Source: the human T2T-CHM13v2.0 reference genome, Homo sapiens
NCBI RefSeq assembly: GCF_009914755.1
Contig: NC_060941.1
Strand: one strand, 5' to 3'
Length of the DNA stretch: 64,000 nucleotides
Part shown: positions 63,608 through 64,000 of the stretch, in pieces
Layout: the number at the start of each line of letters is the position of its first letter
Numbering within the stretch: position 1 is the first letter of the stretch
Made by a program: the position numbers and the translations under genes
The notes under the pieces: model-generated
What the model saw: the letters and a program-made list of their open reading frames with translations, nothing else
Databases searched by the model: none
What the model was told of the DNA's origin: nothing

Positions 63608-64000
63608 AAAAGAATGCTTCTTGAAAGAGACAGGGCTTGACTGGGATTTGAGCTGGGAAAAAAGTTCTTCAACAAGTTCAAAAAAAAGGAGATCAAAATT
63701 TCAGATTGAGTTAGTGGCTCAAGGAAAGACCCAGGAGTCAGCAAATGCAGTGTTTTAAGAGACCAATAACTAAATGATTTGGGCTGGAGTGGAACACGGG
63801 CGTGGGAAGAGCAGGAGGTGAGTCTAGGAAGACAGTTTGGTGGTAGACGGTGGGAGGTATAATTACCAGGATTAGAAATTGGGACAGTGGCAGGTAAGCA
63901 AGAAGGTGAGGAATTCTGTGTTCAGGAGGAAGAGGATTAACACGTAAATAGCATTTTATAAAGGTTCATGTGGCAGCTGTAAGGAGATGGGTTGGAGTGG

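Overview
Repeat-dense human genomic DNA; a human-specific AluYb8 is present. The only host gene is the 14-exon, intron-containing lipoxygenase pseudogene ALOX12P2 (epidermal-type 12-LOX, + strand, 36481-42733). I could reconstruct every exon and map its lesions: three nonsense codons, a GT>TT donor, a duplicated acceptor and a 15-nt deletion. The flanks hold a two-LTR HERV-K(HML-3)/MER9 provirus (- strand, 17845-24229, 6-bp TSD) lacking the integrase core and central env, and a deleted ERV1-class provirus (6327-11447, 4-bp TSD). They also hold nested L1s, including one with an apparent 3' transduction and one reduced to 5'UTR plus 3' end, about 25 Alus, and older LTR, L2, MIR and DNA-transposon remnants. 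The least explained segment is a roughly 2 kb non-repeat insert (45890-47970) that appears to split an L2. It carries a poly(A) and a decayed reading frame with a weak, by-eye resemblance to a non-retroviral RNA-virus protein; this is an unverified candidate. Repeat subfamily names come from recalled consensus sequences, and repeat boundaries are approximate unless a TSD is cited.
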